Source: an uncultured cyanobacterium
GTDB taxonomy: Bacteria; Cyanobacteriota; Cyanobacteriia; Pseudanabaenales; Pseudanabaenaceae
Direction of reading: 5' to 3'
Length of the DNA: 64,000 nucleotides
Assembly (NCBI GenBank): GCA_963703315.1
Contig: OY969811.1
Span: 1,376,001-1,440,000, forward strand
The translations under genes were made by a program, and so were the position numbers. Within the stretch, counting starts at the first letter, position 1. Every line of letters starts with the position of its first letter. The notes beneath the pieces are model-generated. The model was not told the DNA's origin. It worked only from the letters and a program-made list of their open reading frames with translations, and searched no databases. This document shows positions 1 through 12,056 of this stretch, in pieces.

Positions 1-3000
1 CGCATCATGATACAACCAAGAGTAACGAGGGGCGCGGTGGCAAAGCCGAACTCTTCTGCTCCCAGTAGCGCGGCGATGACGACATCACGACCTGTTTTCA
101 TTTGTCCATCGGTTTCCACAACGATGCGGCTGCGGAGGTTGTTGAGAACGAGGGTTTGGTGGGTTTCCGCGAGTCCGAGTTCCCAAGGTAAGCCAGCGTG
201 TTTGATTGAGGTTTGGGGCGATGCACCAGTACCGCCATCGAAGCCAGAGATGAGAACCACATCAGCATGGGCTTTAGAAACCCCTGCGGCGATCGTGCCT
301 ACGCCCACTTCCGATACTAACTTGACGCTGATACGGGCGGCGCGGTTGGCATTTTTTAAATCATGGATCAACTCAGCGAGGTCTTCGATGGAGTAGATGT
401 CATGGTGAGGCGGTGGTGAAATCAATCCGACACCTGTGGTGGAGTGGCGAACTTTGGCAATCCAAGGATAGACTTTCTTGCCAGGGAGTTGACCGCCTTC
501 CCCTGGTTTTGCGCCTTGAGCCATTTTGATTTGAATCTCTTTGGCTTGAGAGAGATAGAGGCTAGTTACGCCGAAACGTCCAGAGGCTACTTGTTTAATA
601 GCGCTATTTTTGGAATCGCCAAACTCGTTTGTCCATGTGTAGCGATCGGGATCTTCACCGCCTTCGCCTGTGTTGGACTTGCCACCGATGCGATTCATGG
701 CGATCGCTAGAGCTTCATGGGCTTCCTTAGAAATCGAACCGTAGCTCATCGCACCCGTTTTGAATCGGCTCAAAATTGATTCAATCGGTTCTACTTCATC
801 AATGGAAATAGATTCGCGCGATTTGAAATCGAGTAAGCCGCGCAGAGTGAAATGCTGCTGATTCTGTTCATTGACGAGGGCAGAATATTTCTTGAACAGT
901 TCATAGTTACCATCGCGTACCGCCTTTTGCAAAGCGTGAATAGCTTCAGGGCTGAACAAGTGCGCTTCGCCATCCTTGCGCCATTGATAATCACCACCGA
1001 CATCGAGGGTATTGCCACTGGCAGGGCGATCGGGGAATGCATGGGTATGACGGGCGATCGCTTCTTTGGCGATTACTTCCAAATCTGCGCCTTCAATGCG
1101 TGAGGCTGTCCAAGTGAAGTATTTCTTGATCACATCATGATTCAATCCAACCGCTTCAAAAATCTGAGCGCCACGATAGCTTTGGATTGTGGAAATACCG
1201 ATTTTAGAAGCAACCTTAGTTACACCCTTTGTTGCCGACTTGATGAAGTTCTTGCAAGCAGTTTTGAACTCAACATTCACTAAGAGACGTTGATCGATCA
1301 TGTCTTTGATCGTTTCAAAGGCAAGGTAAGGATTGATTGCGCCGCAACCATAGCCAATCAACAATGCAAAATGATGCACTTCTCTAGGTTCGCCAGATTC
1401 GAGGACTAAGCCGACTCTGGTACGGGTTCCTGTACGAATGAGATGGTGATGTAAGCCTGATACCGCTAGCAATGCAGGGATAGGAGCATTGTCAGGATTC
1501 ACGCCCCGATCGCTTAAAATCAAAATATTCACACCATCAGCGATCGCTTGATCCGCTTTTTCACAAATTTGCGAAATCACTGCTTCTAATCCAGTTACTC
1601 CTGCTTTTGGATCAAACAAAGTAGAAAGAGTAACCGATTTAAAACCACCTTCATTAATATGCTTCAACTTCGCAAGTTCGGCATCGCTGAGAATAGGAGT
1701 CTTTAGCTCGATCAAGTGACAGCTTTCTGGTTCAGGCTTGAGTAAATTCCGTTCTGCACCAATGGTTGTCTCCGCAGAAGTAATAATTTCTTCGCGAATA
1801 GAGTCAATCGGTGGATTGGTTACCTGTGCAAATAGCTGTTGGAAATAATCATAGAGAAGTTTCGGGCGATTGGAAAGAACTGCTAAAGGCGTATCTGCTC
1901 CCATTGCGCCGATCGCTTCTACACCATCACGCGCCATTGGTGTTAATAGCAAACGCAAATCTTCAAAGGAATATCCAAAAGCCATTTGACGCTGAGTGAG
2001 TGCAGGAGATTCCACTTCGGCAGTAACTTCTGCATCCTTCAAACTGGCGATATCCACCATGTGCTGATTAATCCATTCACGGTAAGGCTGCTCAGTCGCG
2101 ATTTGATGCTTGATTTCTTCATCAGCAACAATCCGCCCCTCTTGCATATTCACAAGGAACATCCGCCCTGGTTGCAAGCGACCTTTCGATTCAATCATTT
2201 CAGGAGCGATGTCTAATACACCTGCTTCCGACGCGAAGATAACCAAATCATCCTTAGTGACATAGTAGCGAGAAGGACGCAAACCGTTGCGATCCAACAC
2301 AGCGCCGATCATTGTGCCATCGGTAAAGGCGATCGAGGCGGGACCATCCCAAGGTTCCATCAAACAAGAGTGATATTCATAAAAGGCTTTCTTTTCATCA
2401 CTCATCGACTCATGGGCTGTCCAAGGCTCAGGAATCATCATCATCATCGCGTGAGGTAGCGATCGCCCAGCCAGCACCAACAATTCCAAAGCATTATCAA
2501 AAATCGTCGAGTCACTGCCTTCGATGTTAATGACTGGCTTAATTTTCGAGATATCATCACCAAACAAATCGGACTCAAACATCGCCTGACGAGCGATCAT
2601 CCAGTTAGTATTGCCGCGCAAAGTGTTAATTTCGCCATTGTGGGCAATGTAGCGGTAAGGGTGCGATCGCTCCCAACTGGGGAAAGTATTCGTACTAAAG
2701 CGGGAGTGAACCAGAGCCAGAGCGCTCTCCATGTCTGGGTCGTGCAGATCGTGGGCGTAATACTGTCCGACTTGAGCCGTCATCAACATCCCCTTATAGA
2801 CGATGGTGCGACAGGAGAGACTGGCTGGATACCAGTAAGCATCAATATTTGAAGTACGGATCGCCGTGTGAGCTAGTTTGCGAATTACATACAATTTGCG
2901 ATCAAAGGCTAGGTCATCAGCAAGATCGGGCGATCGCGCAATAAACACCTGCTGCATGAATGGCTCACTGGATTGAGCCGTAGCCCCCAATGACGAGTTA

Positions 3001-3404
3001 TCGGTGGGGACATCACGCCAACCTAAAACTTTTAAACCTTCAGACTCCACCAGCTTTTCAAAAGCCTTTCTACCATTTTGGCGGGCTTGCGGATCTGGCG
3101 AAGCGTAGACCATGCCCACGCCATATTGACCGACCTCTGGCAGGGAAATATTTGCGGCGGCGGCAGCTTTTAGCAAAAACTTATGGGGGATCTGCATCAA
3201 AATCCCAGCACCGTCACCCGTATTCGTTTCGCAACCGCACGCGCCGCGATGTTCCAAGTTCTCCAAAATCGTCAGCCCCTGCTCGACGATCGCATGGGAT
3301 TTTTTTCCTGATTTATGGACGATAAAGCCGACCCCACAAGCATCGTGTTCAAATTGGGGATCGTATAAACCTTGTTTTACGGGTGTTGCGTTGCTATTCA
3401 TCAT
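1..3404 (-). CDS. gltB: Glutamate synthase large subunit, 3' part outside window; probably NADH-GOGAT type
   Basis: Not in ORF track because it runs off the left edge. Manual minus-strand translation from ATG 3404 gives [30 protein letters not shown] (glutamine amidotransferase Cys), later [46 protein letters not shown] and ends [15 protein letters not shown] vs ferredoxin type is inferred from recalled motif differences. Confidence 0.93.
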   Translation of the reverse strand, partial: MMNSNATPVKQGLYDPQFEHDACGVGFIVHKSGKKSHAIVEQGLTILENLEHRGACGCETNTGDGAGILMQIPHKFLLKAAAAANISLPEVGQYGVGMVYASPDPQARQNGRKAFEKLVESEGLKVLGWRDVPTDNSSLGATAQSSEPFMQQVFIARSPDLADDLAFDRKLYVIRKLAHTAIRTSNIDAYWYPASLSCRTIVYKGMLMTAQVGQYYAHDLHDPDMESALALVHSRFSTNTFPSWERSHPYRYIAHNGEINTLRGNTNWMIARQAMFESDLFGDDISKIKPVINIEGSDSTIFDNALELLVLAGRSLPHAMMMMIPEPWTAHESMSDEKKAFYEYHSCLMEPWDGPASIAFTDGTMIGAVLDRNGLRPSRYYVTKDDLVIFASEAGVLDIAPEMIESKGRLQPGRMFLVNMQEGRIVADEEIKHQIATEQPYREWINQHMVDIASLKDAEVTAEVESPALTQRQMAFGYSFEDLRLLLTPMARDGVEAIGAMGADTPLAVLSNRPKLLYDYFQQLFAQVTNPPIDSIREEIITSAETTIGAERNLLKPEPESCHLIELKTPILSDAELAKLKHINEGGFKSVTLSTLFDPKAGVTGLEAVISQICEKADQAIADGVNILILSDRGVNPDNAPIPALLAVSGLHHHLIRTGTRTRVGLVLESGEPREVHHFALLIGYGCGAINPYLAFETIKDMIDQRLLVNVEFKTACKNFIKSATKGVTKVASKIGISTIQSYRGAQIFEAVGLNHDVIKKYFTWTASRIEGADLEVIAKEAIARHTHAFPDRPASGNTLDVGGDYQWRKDGEAHLFSPEAIHALQKAVRDGNYELFKKYSALVNEQNQQHFTLRGLLDFKSRESISIDEVEPIESILSRFKTGAMSYGSISKEAHEALAIAMNRIGGKSNTGEGGEDPDRYTWTNEFGDSKNSAIKQVASGRFGVTSLYLSQAKEIQIKMAQGAKPGEGGQLPGKKVYPWIAKVRHSTTGVGLISPPPHHDIYSIEDLAELIHDLKNANRAARISVKLVSEVGVGTIAAGVSKAHADVVLISGFDGGTGASPQTSIKHAGLPWELGLAETHQTLVLNNLRSRIVVETDGQMKTGRDVVIAALLGAEEFGFATAPLVTLGCIMM

Positions 3405-3647
3405 GGACTGCAAAGGTGTGATATCTAAAGGATTATGTGAGCTTCAACGTAATCGAAAGGTTACGGGGGCTACATTGGATTGTACTAATAAATTTATGTC
3501 TTAGGTAGGATGTTTTCAAGAAATGTTCCTAGCTATAGCTGTCGCCAGTCTTGTTAGTCTAGCTGAGCAAATAGTCGCAGACTCGTACTTTTAGGTGAGG
3601 ATCACTTTATCATGAGCAGTATCTAGCATTTTTTACGCAGCTTTTGT

Positions 3648-6600
3648 ATGACTGCTCCTGTCCATATCGACAATAAATCTCAGCGCGATCGCCGTCAGCT
3701 TTCCCTAAAGATATTGCTGATTGTTCCTTTTGTGACACAGGTAATTGCCGCAGTGGGGATTACAGGGTGGCTGTCAGTGCAGAATGGACGTGAGGCAACT
3801 CAAGAGTTAGCTCCTCAAATTGGGCAGGAAGTAACTAATACGATCGAAACTCATGTACGCAGTTATTTCGATGTACCTTTAGAAGTTTTGCAAGTTCAAG
3901 GTGCAACAGCCAGAGCAGGAAATCTATCTTTTGAGAACTTAGACACTTTAGATAAATTGTTTTGGCAGCAGATGCGCCAATCTCAAAATTTATATTTTTT
4001 CTATGCAGCCAACCCTCGTGGGCAGTTTATTGGGGTTGAGCGCCGAGAAAACGATACTTTAGCGTTACATCGATCGCTATTACCAGAAACATCACTAGGC
4101 AAAGTGCCTAATTCATCCCTGAAAAAGTTAGTCTATCGGCTGGATGATAAGGGCAAAATCATCAACCAGATTCAGGCAGATATTTACGATCCCCGCGATC
4201 GCCCTTGGTATCAGAAGTCAATCAAAGCAGGTCAAACGGTATGGAGTCCGATTTATGTATTTGTGGCACGTCCGATTTTGGGAATTACGGCTTCCCTGCC
4301 CATCTATAGCGAATCAGGAAATTTGCGTGGAGTATTAGCGATCGATGTCACCCTTTCTCAAATTGGAGACTTTCTCAAACGCCTAAAGATATCCAAAACT
4401 GGACAAGCATTCATTCTGGAGCAATCAGGAGAAATAGTAGCGACATCAACTTCAGAAGCTCCATATATCTCTACAGGCAAACAGCAAAATAAACAACCAG
4501 AAAGGATTCATGCCCTTAATAGTACAAACCCTCTACTTCGCTTAGCATTTCAGCAGCTTCAACAGCGTTATCCAAACTTTGCCGATATTCCCAATCAGCA
4601 ACAAATTCAACTGGATTGGGAAGGATCAACTCAGTATATCCAGATTACGAGATTACGCACTCCGCAAGGGCTAGACTGGCTGATGATTGTGACAATATCT
4701 GAGCAAGATTTTCGCGATCGCATTAATATCAATACCCGCAATACGATTGTTTTATGCTCTCTAGCGCTAATTCTCGCAAGTTTAACAGGTTTTTATACAT
4801 CAAAATGGATTGCTAAACCTGTCGAGAGATTAATTGAAGCTTCCCATATACTAGCGACATTATCTGCTTCTGCTGACATGGCTAGTGGTCACCACTATCA
4901 ACCGATTGAAACTGCCAATGTAAAAGAGCTATCGATCTTAGCGGATTCATTTAATCAAATGGCGCAACAATTGCAAGTCTCCTTTATGGAACTTGCTCAA
5001 AGTAAGGAAGAATTGGAAATACGAGTTGAACAGAGAACTGAAGATCTCAAATCTAGTGAGACTAAATATCGTACTCTTGTAGAAGTCGCTAATTGTATTA
5101 TTTTGCGAAGGGATATTGTCGGCACAGTTAAATTTATTAATGAATATGGTTTAGATTTCTTTGGATTTGTCGATGAATCAGAAATCATTGGCAAGAATAT
5201 TAACGGGACTATCTTTAAAGAGGGTGATGATAGTACTAGTTTGCCCATTTGGAAAACTAGTGTTGAGTCATCAGAGCCACGTATGTTCCAAGAAAGTCGC
5301 AATACTCGTAGTGATGGTGAGCAGGTATGGATATCTTGGTCAAATCGTCCTATCTTTGATGAAGAACAGAATTTAGTAGAAATCCTCTCAATTGGTGTTG
5401 ATATTACCGAACGAAAGCGCATCCAGTCTACTCTCGAAGAATTTTTAAGTTTACAAAGAGCTACCTTTGAGTCGATCGCTGATGGCATTTTGGCAGTGGA
5501 TCGCATTGGGCATATCACCAGCTATAACCAGCAGTTTGTCGATATGTTCTCTCTCTCTCAAGAAGTGCTATCCCTACCCGATTATGCCTTGAGATTGGAA
5601 TTTCTCGCAGAACAGATGATTGATCCTCAAAAGTTTATGGAGCGATCGCGTGATTTCTATCAGCATCCTGAACAAGAAAGTTATGACATACTTGAACTCA
5701 ATGATGGCAGGGTGTTAGAGCGCTATTCCCGTCCGCAAAAATTGGGTGATCAGATTATCGGGCGGGTCTGGAGTTTTCAGGATATTACAGCGCGTGTCCA
5801 AGCCGAAAAAGCTCTTGAAGAACAGAAGACTTATTTACGCCTGATCATTGATAGTATTCCCCAACAAATTTTCTGGAAAGATGTAAATCTAGTTTTTCGA
5901 GGCTGTAATAAAAACTGGGCAATGTACGCCCAGATTGATCATCCCGAAAGTGTGGTGGGCAAAACTGATTACGACCTAATCAATAATCCCCAATTAGCTG
6001 AGAGCTTCCGTAAGCATGATCAGCTAGTTATGGAATCAAATGTTCCTGAAATGCATATCATTCAGCGCAAACTGAATCCAGATCGGCAGGGACATTCTAT
6101 TTGGTTAGATATGAGTAAGTTACCGATCATTGATGCTGAGGGGAAGACTATTGGTATTTTAGGAGTACTTGATGATATTACGGAACGGAAACTGGCGGAA
6201 GAAGCACTCTATGCCGAACAAGAAAAATCAGAGAGATTGTTATTAAATATTCTGCCGAAAGCGATCGCCGATCGTCTCAAACAATCTCATGGGGTCATCG
6301 CCGATAGCTATGAATCCGTTACAGTCTTGTTTGCCGATATTGTCAGTTTTACGAAAATGTCGTCAGAACTCTCTCCCCAAGATTTAGTAGATCTTCTCAA
6401 TCTAATTTTCTCTAACTTTGATACTCTCTGTGAAACTTACGGATTAGAGAAAATCAAAACCATTGGTGATGCCTACATGGTCGCGGGTGGTATTCCCATT
6501 CCTACTAAAAATCATGCCGAGGCGATCGCTTGTATGGCGTTAGATATGATTGATAAAGTTGCCGAACTTCGCAACTCAACGGGTCGGAAATTACAACTTC

Positions 6601-6860
6601 GCATCGGTATTCATACGGGAGCCGTGATTGCGGGGGTAATTGGTACGCAAAAGTTTATTTATGATCTTTGGGGAGATACAGTCAACGTGGCTAGCCGTAT
6701 GGAGTCCCATAGCGAAGTCGGCAAAATCCAAGTTACATCAGCAACCTATGAAATTCTCAAACATAAGTTTGATTTAGTAGAACGTGGGGCGATCGAGGTC
6801 AAAGGCAAGGGGAAAATGCAAACCTATTGGCTGACCAGCAAAAAATCTTCCAATCAATAA
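3648..6860 (+). CDS. Membrane class III adenylate cyclase (TM-Cache-TM-HAMP-PAS x3-cyclase)
   Basis: YDPRDRPWY Cache motif; HAMP (ELSILADSFNQM); PAS/PAC blocks; catalytic VLFADIVSF, KIKTIGDAYM, YDLWGDTVNVASRMES. The K/D pair indicates ATP specificity. Confidence 0.92.
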   Translation: MTAPVHIDNKSQRDRRQLSLKILLIVPFVTQVIAAVGITGWLSVQNGREATQELAPQIGQEVTNTIETHVRSYFDVPLEVLQVQGATARAGNLSFENLDTLDKLFWQQMRQSQNLYFFYAANPRGQFIGVERRENDTLALHRSLLPETSLGKVPNSSLKKLVYRLDDKGKIINQIQADIYDPRDRPWYQKSIKAGQTVWSPIYVFVARPILGITASLPIYSESGNLRGVLAIDVTLSQIGDFLKRLKISKTGQAFILEQSGEIVATSTSEAPYISTGKQQNKQPERIHALNSTNPLLRLAFQQLQQRYPNFADIPNQQQIQLDWEGSTQYIQITRLRTPQGLDWLMIVTISEQDFRDRININTRNTIVLCSLALILASLTGFYTSKWIAKPVERLIEASHILATLSASADMASGHHYQPIETANVKELSILADSFNQMAQQLQVSFMELAQSKEELEIRVEQRTEDLKSSETKYRTLVEVANCIILRRDIVGTVKFINEYGLDFFGFVDESEIIGKNINGTIFKEGDDSTSLPIWKTSVESSEPRMFQESRNTRSDGEQVWISWSNRPIFDEEQNLVEILSIGVDITERKRIQSTLEEFLSLQRATFESIADGILAVDRIGHITSYNQQFVDMFSLSQEVLSLPDYALRLEFLAEQMIDPQKFMERSRDFYQHPEQESYDILELNDGRVLERYSRPQKLGDQIIGRVWSFQDITARVQAEKALEEQKTYLRLIIDSIPQQIFWKDVNLVFRGCNKNWAMYAQIDHPESVVGKTDYDLINNPQLAESFRKHDQLVMESNVPEMHIIQRKLNPDRQGHSIWLDMSKLPIIDAEGKTIGILGVLDDITERKLAEEALYAEQEKSERLLLNILPKAIADRLKQSHGVIADSYESVTVLFADIVSFTKMSSELSPQDLVDLLNLIFSNFDTLCETYGLEKIKTIGDAYMVAGGIPIPTKNHAEAIACMALDMIDKVAELRNSTGRKLQLRIGIHTGAVIAGVIGTQKFIYDLWGDTVNVASRMESHSEVGKIQVTSATYEILKHKFDLVERGAIEVKGKGKMQTYWLTSKKSSNQ

Positions 6861-6888
6861 TCACGGCGGAGCCGCGATTATTGATGTT

Positions 6889-7857
6889 TTAAATCGCCGT
6901 ACCCAGTAAGTACAACAGACTCATCCGAATTGCCACACCATTGGTTACCTGTTTATCGATCAAACTTAGGCGTGGATCATCCATCAAGTCAGAGCTAATT
7001 TCCACACCGCGATTAACAGGACCAGGATGTAAAACCTGAACATTGGGCGCACATTTAGATAAGCGATCGCGAGTGATGCCATAACGTGCATGATATTCCC
7101 GTAAACTAGGAATTAGGAATTGTCCCATCCGTTCCATTTGTAAACGCAGAGTCATCACAAAATCAGCATCCTCAAGGGCAGGTTCGAGAGCATAATGGAT
7201 TTTTGCGCCATATTCAGCAAATTCTGGCGGTAATAAAGTCGGTGGTGCAGCCAGATGCACTTCTGCGCCATTGGTCAGCAAACTCCACAGATTCGATCGC
7301 GCTACCCGTGAATGCAAAATATCACCCACGATCGCCACTTTTTTACCCTTCAGGTCTTTGGCGGTAGGAGCATTGGGCTTCAGATACATACAGATGGTGA
7401 GCAGATCCAGCAAGGCTTGAGAGGGATGTTCATGTTTACCATCACCAGCATTGAGAATCGCCACTTTGCCACTGAGGGCATCCATATCTTTAGCGATCGC
7501 CAATGGCACACCTGCCGACTGATGGCGGATCACCATAATGTCCGTTCCCATCGCCAAAAAAGTCCGCGCTGTATCGAGGATTGTCTCGCCTTTGGAGAGT
7601 GAAGAAGTTCCGGGGGCAAAATTTAAAGTATCGGCCGAGAGACGCTTGGCGGCAAGCTCAAAACTATTGCGAGTACGTGTTGAAGATTCAAAAAACAAAT
7701 TAGCAACAACTTTGCTCTGCAAGGTTGGTACTTTTTTGTTACGCCGTGAGAGAACTTCTAAGAAGCTAACGGCTGTCTGCAAGACCGTTTCATAGTCATT
7801 GGTTGTAAAGTCAGACAACGAGATGATATGTCGTCGTTGCCAAGTAAGTTCAGTCAT
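6889..7857 (-). CDS. pyrB: Aspartate carbamoyltransferase catalytic subunit
   Basis: [40 protein letters not shown] motifs. Confidence 0.97.
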   Translation of the reverse strand: MTELTWQRRHIISLSDFTTNDYETVLQTAVSFLEVLSRRNKKVPTLQSKVVANLFFESSTRTRNSFELAAKRLSADTLNFAPGTSSLSKGETILDTARTFLAMGTDIMVIRHQSAGVPLAIAKDMDALSGKVAILNAGDGKHEHPSQALLDLLTICMYLKPNAPTAKDLKGKKVAIVGDILHSRVARSNLWSLLTNGAEVHLAAPPTLLPPEFAEYGAKIHYALEPALEDADFVMTLRLQMERMGQFLIPSLREYHARYGITRDRLSKCAPNVQVLHPGPVNRGVEISSDLMDDPRLSLIDKQVTNGVAIRMSLLYLLGTAI

Positions 7858-7869
7858 GGTGCTGTGAAG

Positions 7870-8022
7870 CTATGAAATAAAGCTATGGGATAACATCGCA
7901 CCGATGGGCGCAGGGGCAACCATGTCGTCAGGTAAAAAAGCACGGGAGCTAACTAGTACTAGGGTAAACAGGAAAATTGCAAAAATGATGATTGGTGCAA
8001 TGTACTGACGAAAGAATGACAC
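7870..8022 (-). CDS. Small single-TM cyanobacterial hypothetical protein (about 50 aa)
   Basis: GTG start at 8022 gives (M)SFFRQYIAPIIIFAIFLFTLVLVSSRAFLPDDMVAPAPIG. The longer ORF-track start (8124) lies inside a palindrome. Directly upstream of pyrB. Confidence 0.7.
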   Translation of the reverse strand: MSFFRQYIAPIIIFAIFLFTLVLVSSRAFLPDDMVAPAPIGAMLSHSFIS

Positions 8023-8140
8023 AGGTGTATTTTGATAAATAATAGTTATATTATACCGTTTTGCAAATTTTGCGTAAGTCCTCACAGTCTCAACTCCCAA
8101 AAAGTGAGTCGCGCCGCGACTCACTTTTTGGGTAGCTATT

Positions 8141-8602
8141 TTAAGATGACTGATCGCCTGAAGTCAGTAATAACTTCAACTTGAGATCGATTAAATTAAT
8201 ATCAGCTAAACCTATCTGTACATCACCTTCTAAAACAATGCCTGTGCTAATTAAGCGATCGAGAAGTTCTAAAATTGAGGACTCACTCGATGACTGATCG
8301 GGATAGTAGGCTCCGCGTCTAGGTAGAAGCTTCCCAAATTCACCGAGATCAAGATTGAGATCTTCAGGATCGATGTCTAAAACTTCACAGAGATTAAAAA
8401 TCTGTTTTTCTAGAGCTTGCAAACTATCGGCGGCTCTCTCGATTTCTGACTCCGTTAACTTCTCGGCATCCATACGCCGAATTACCTGCGCTTCCATTAA
8501 CTGACGCAATAACTCCACCAGTGTCAGAATCAATGGAGCTAGTCCAGATTTTTTGGGTTTGACGATTAAACTATCATTACTATCAGCATTATCAGCCATC
8601 AT
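8141..8602 (-). CDS. gvpK: Gas vesicle protein K (GvpK with C-terminal GvpA-like segment)
   Basis: GLAPLILTLVELLRQLMEAQVIRRM...LNLDLG followed by ILELLDRLISTGIVLEGDV; start moved to ATG 8602. Confidence 0.9.
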   Translation of the reverse strand: MMADNADSNDSLIVKPKKSGLAPLILTLVELLRQLMEAQVIRRMDAEKLTESEIERAADSLQALEKQIFNLCEVLDIDPEDLNLDLGEFGKLLPRRGAYYPDQSSSESSILELLDRLISTGIVLEGDVQIGLADINLIDLKLKLLLTSGDQSS

Positions 8603-8665
8603 GGAAACCCGTAAATAATATTTTCCCAAAGATGGGCGGCGCAAAGCGCTGCCCATCTTTGGATT

Positions 8666-9286
8666 CTATGCTATCTTGCCATGGGCGATCGCCCATGTTT
8701 GATCTGCCATGGAGTCAAGCTCTTCAGGATCATGAGTAACCACCAGAATTGTCCAATTTTTCTTGAGCTCTTGCAAAATACCCAGAATTTGTTTCCGCAT
8801 TGACCAGTCTAAGCCTGCGGTTGGCTCATCAAGCAGTAATAAACTAGGTTGACGAATTAACTGCACGGCAAGGGCTAAACGCCTCTGTTGTCCGCCGCTT
8901 AACGACTGAGGTGAAGTATTAGGATTGAGATGGCTTAAACCCACTGAACTGAGCGCTCCCTGAATGCGATCGCCATCAAGATCAATATGCCCTAACCTTA
9001 ATTCTTCTAAAATTGTGCTACCGCAAAAATGCCGTTCAGGAAATTGAAATACTAATCCACAGATCTGTTGTAAATGATCTGGCAGTAGTTCTTGAGATTT
9101 CCAGTAAATGCTGCCACTAGACCACTCTACAAATCCTGCCAAAATTTCTAGTAATGTACTTTTGCCAGAGCCACTGGGACCTACCATTAACCCCAATTGG
9201 TGATCTTCTAACTCAAAGGATATATCTGTGAGAATGGCTTCAGGTGTGGCAGGAGGGTGATAGCAAAGATTTCTGATAGAGAGCAT
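8666..9286 (-). CDS. ABC transporter ATP-binding protein (EcfA/CbiO-like)
   Basis: Walker A GPSGSGKST, LVFQFPE, LSGGQQRR, LLLLDEPTAGLD; start at MLSIRN. Confidence 0.9.
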   Translation of the reverse strand: MLSIRNLCYHPPATPEAILTDISFELEDHQLGLMVGPSGSGKSTLLEILAGFVEWSSGSIYWKSQELLPDHLQQICGLVFQFPERHFCGSTILEELRLGHIDLDGDRIQGALSSVGLSHLNPNTSPQSLSGGQQRRLALAVQLIRQPSLLLLDEPTAGLDWSMRKQILGILQELKKNWTILVVTHDPEELDSMADQTWAIAHGKIA

Positions 9287-9333
9287 AAAAAGCCAAGTTA
9301 GAATAAATGGTTTGCAGCTTTGCTGCAAACCAT

Positions 9334-11826
9334 TTATTCTAACTTAGCAAGTTCTTGGCAAGCGACTTGATATTGATGCTCAATTTCGATAAATAGCTCA
9401 AGTAAACCTGTATTGTCTCCACGTTTACCTTTGAGTTCGGCTTCAAAACAGAGCGTACCTAATGCTTTCGCACCTAAAATATTGCTACTTCCCTTTAAGG
9501 TGTGAGCATTGTAACTCACCTGTGGGAGATCATTATCGGTGATCGCCTGTTGGAGGTTTTTTAATAGCATCGGTGCTTCTTCAGCAGTAAATAACCTAAT
9601 CATGCGTCCAATTAGTTTGGGATTAATTTGTTCAAGGTTTTTAATCGCAGTTTGATCAATAACTGAAGGAATTAATTGCTCAACAATGTTGTGAGAATTA
9701 GCTTCCTCCACATGAACACCTACCGCCCATTTCTCGATGGTACGTTGCAGTGAATCCATCATGATCGGCTTACTGATGTAATCATCCATGCCAGCCCGTA
9801 AACACATCTCGCGATCGCCTTGCATGGCACTAGCAGTCATCGCAATAATTGTCGGACGTTCATAACCTGTTTGTAGCTCATGCCAATGATTGACCAAATA
9901 AGTGGCAGTTTCTAGTCCATCCATTTCGGGCATTTGGACATCTAGTAATAACAGATCATAATGCTCTACCTGTAATGCTTCTAACACCGCTAAGCCGTTG
10001 TCTACCACATCAGGCTGATATCCCATTTTAATCAGCATCGCCATCGCTAATTCTTGGTTAATCAAATTATCTTCGGCAATCAAGATTTTTAATGGTACGC
10101 GATCGCCTAGCCGACCGACCACCTCAGATCTCTTGGCGATCGCCTCTTGCAAAGTGTAATTTGGCTGATGCTTGGCAATTTGGGTAGTCACCGTGAATGA
10201 AAAAGTAGAACCTTGCTCGGCTTTACTTTCCACTTGAATGTTGCCACCCATAATTTCCACTAATTTCTTACAGATGACTAGACCTAACCCCGTACCACCA
10301 TACTTGCGGGAAGTAGAAGCTGTTGCTTGCGAAAATGGTTGGAACAGTCGCTGCATCTGCTCATCCGAGATCCCAATCCCTGTATCACTAACCGAAAATA
10401 GTAGTTGAAATGGATGATCGGCAATGGGAGCTTTTTCAGAAGCTAAACGTACCCCAATGCGTACTGAACCTATATCTGTGAATTTGAGAGCATTAGAAAC
10501 TAGATTCAATAAAATTTGTCTTAACCGTGTCACATCACTGATAATAAATGGCGGCACATTCGACTGCATACTGACTTCAAATTTTAAGTTCTTCTCCTTA
10601 GCTTTAGCTAACTGCACATCGTAAATATCCCGTACTAAGGCGCGAACATCTAACGGTGCATTTTCTAATTCCAATTTACCCGACTCAATTTTTGAGAAAT
10701 CCAAAATATCATTTACCACTGAAAGCAGCATTTCCCCACTGACTTGAATTGTGCGTACATACTTTTCCTGCTCAGGACTAACATCCGTCCCTGCTAAAAG
10801 CTGCGTCATCCCGATCACCCCATTGATCGGCGTGCGAATCTCATGACTCATCATCGCTAAAAAAGCTGCCTTGGTGCGTACTGCTTCTTCCGCTTCTTCT
10901 TTCGCTTTTCGCAAATCCTCCATCAGTTGCATCTGGCGCTGATCCGCTTGCTTTTTGGCAGTGATATCACGGAAACACCATATCAATCCAAAAAATTTAT
11001 TTTGCTCAGAATTCACAGGACTGGTGTAGTAGTCAAATACGCGATCGCGATAAACAATTTCCCCACGTCTCACCACATCAGGCTCATCATAAGTATTTTC
11101 TAACAGATTAATTAAAACGTCAGGAAGATCGGATTTAATCAGAAATGTGCCTAGGGGCGATCCATTATAAAATTCAGGCTTCTTACCATCGCTAGCAAAT
11201 AAATCATGGGGTATATTCCACATTTCACAGAAGCGCCGATTGAAACTGGCGATCCGTCCTTGCTCATCTACGGCAAAAATTCCATCGATCGCTGCTTCTT
11301 TTTGAGCATGGAGTAGTAGGTTTGTGCGTTGGAGATCCCTCAATACGCCGACTCGATCAAAGATTGCCTGTGAAAGTTCGTGATTTTTTTGAGCAAGGTT
11401 TAATTGCAAATGTCGCAATGCCAAATGTAAATGCAGCCTTGCAAATATTTCTCCAAGTTGGAGGGCTTCCCCTAGTTGGCTTAATTGGATCGTAATGTAA
11501 TCAGAAGCACCACTATCAAAAGACTGTAACTTTTCTTGGAGGTCATCCTTTGTGCTGATAAAAATAATGGGCAGATCTTCGGTGACTGTATCGGCTTTGA
11601 GGATGCGACAGACTTCATAGCTGCTGAGCCTTTGGACGGATATATCTAATAAAACGAGGTCAGGATGTTGGGATTGCACAGATAGCAAAGCATCGCTGCC
11701 GTTGTCAGCCGTCTTGACTTTATAGCCATGATCTTTCAAGGCTGATGCTAGCTCACGACGAATATTTGGATCATCTACAACCACAAGTACTGTGGCTTGA
11801 GAAACATCGATCACATTAGCTTGCAC
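9334..11826 (-). CDS. Hybrid sensor histidine kinase (REC-PAS-HisKA-HATPase-REC-Hpt)
   Basis: N-terminal REC, MSHEIRTPING, NLVSNALKFT, DTGIGI, GGTGLGL, LLDVQMPEMDG, Hpt AHTLKGSS. Confidence 0.93.
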   Translation of the reverse strand: MQANVIDVSQATVLVVVDDPNIRRELASALKDHGYKVKTADNGSDALLSVQSQHPDLVLLDISVQRLSSYEVCRILKADTVTEDLPIIFISTKDDLQEKLQSFDSGASDYITIQLSQLGEALQLGEIFARLHLHLALRHLQLNLAQKNHELSQAIFDRVGVLRDLQRTNLLLHAQKEAAIDGIFAVDEQGRIASFNRRFCEMWNIPHDLFASDGKKPEFYNGSPLGTFLIKSDLPDVLINLLENTYDEPDVVRRGEIVYRDRVFDYYTSPVNSEQNKFFGLIWCFRDITAKKQADQRQMQLMEDLRKAKEEAEEAVRTKAAFLAMMSHEIRTPINGVIGMTQLLAGTDVSPEQEKYVRTIQVSGEMLLSVVNDILDFSKIESGKLELENAPLDVRALVRDIYDVQLAKAKEKNLKFEVSMQSNVPPFIISDVTRLRQILLNLVSNALKFTDIGSVRIGVRLASEKAPIADHPFQLLFSVSDTGIGISDEQMQRLFQPFSQATASTSRKYGGTGLGLVICKKLVEIMGGNIQVESKAEQGSTFSFTVTTQIAKHQPNYTLQEAIAKRSEVVGRLGDRVPLKILIAEDNLINQELAMAMLIKMGYQPDVVDNGLAVLEALQVEHYDLLLLDVQMPEMDGLETATYLVNHWHELQTGYERPTIIAMTASAMQGDREMCLRAGMDDYISKPIMMDSLQRTIEKWAVGVHVEEANSHNIVEQLIPSVIDQTAIKNLEQINPKLIGRMIRLFTAEEAPMLLKNLQQAITDNDLPQVSYNAHTLKGSSNILGAKALGTLCFEAELKGKRGDNTGLLELFIEIEHQYQVACQELAKLE

Positions 11827-12056
11827 GACTTGATCACCTTGCTAGAAAGTTTCACCAATATAAATGCTTTTCATAATATAGCGATCGCTGCTAAAAAAAC
11901 GAAAAAACAAAGCTTAGCATTTACACAGAACTTCATTAAGCCCTCACTCCTAGCCCATTCTCCCGCAGGCTACGCTGTTAACAGTATTGTGGGGACACAA
12001 AACCAGAAGACGAGTGGCGGCGCTTTGCGCCGCCACTCGCTTCTTGGGTTTTGTGT

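Noticed and set aside
7..3325. Eight or more short ORFs listed in the ORF track over the first 3.3 kb
   Set aside because: They are antisense or off-frame shadows of gltB, which the track missed because it lacks a stop in the window.
3404..3648. NtcA box upstream of gltB (GTAATCGAAAGGTTAC)
   Set aside because: Spacing is GTA-N10-TAC rather than GTA-N8-TAC.
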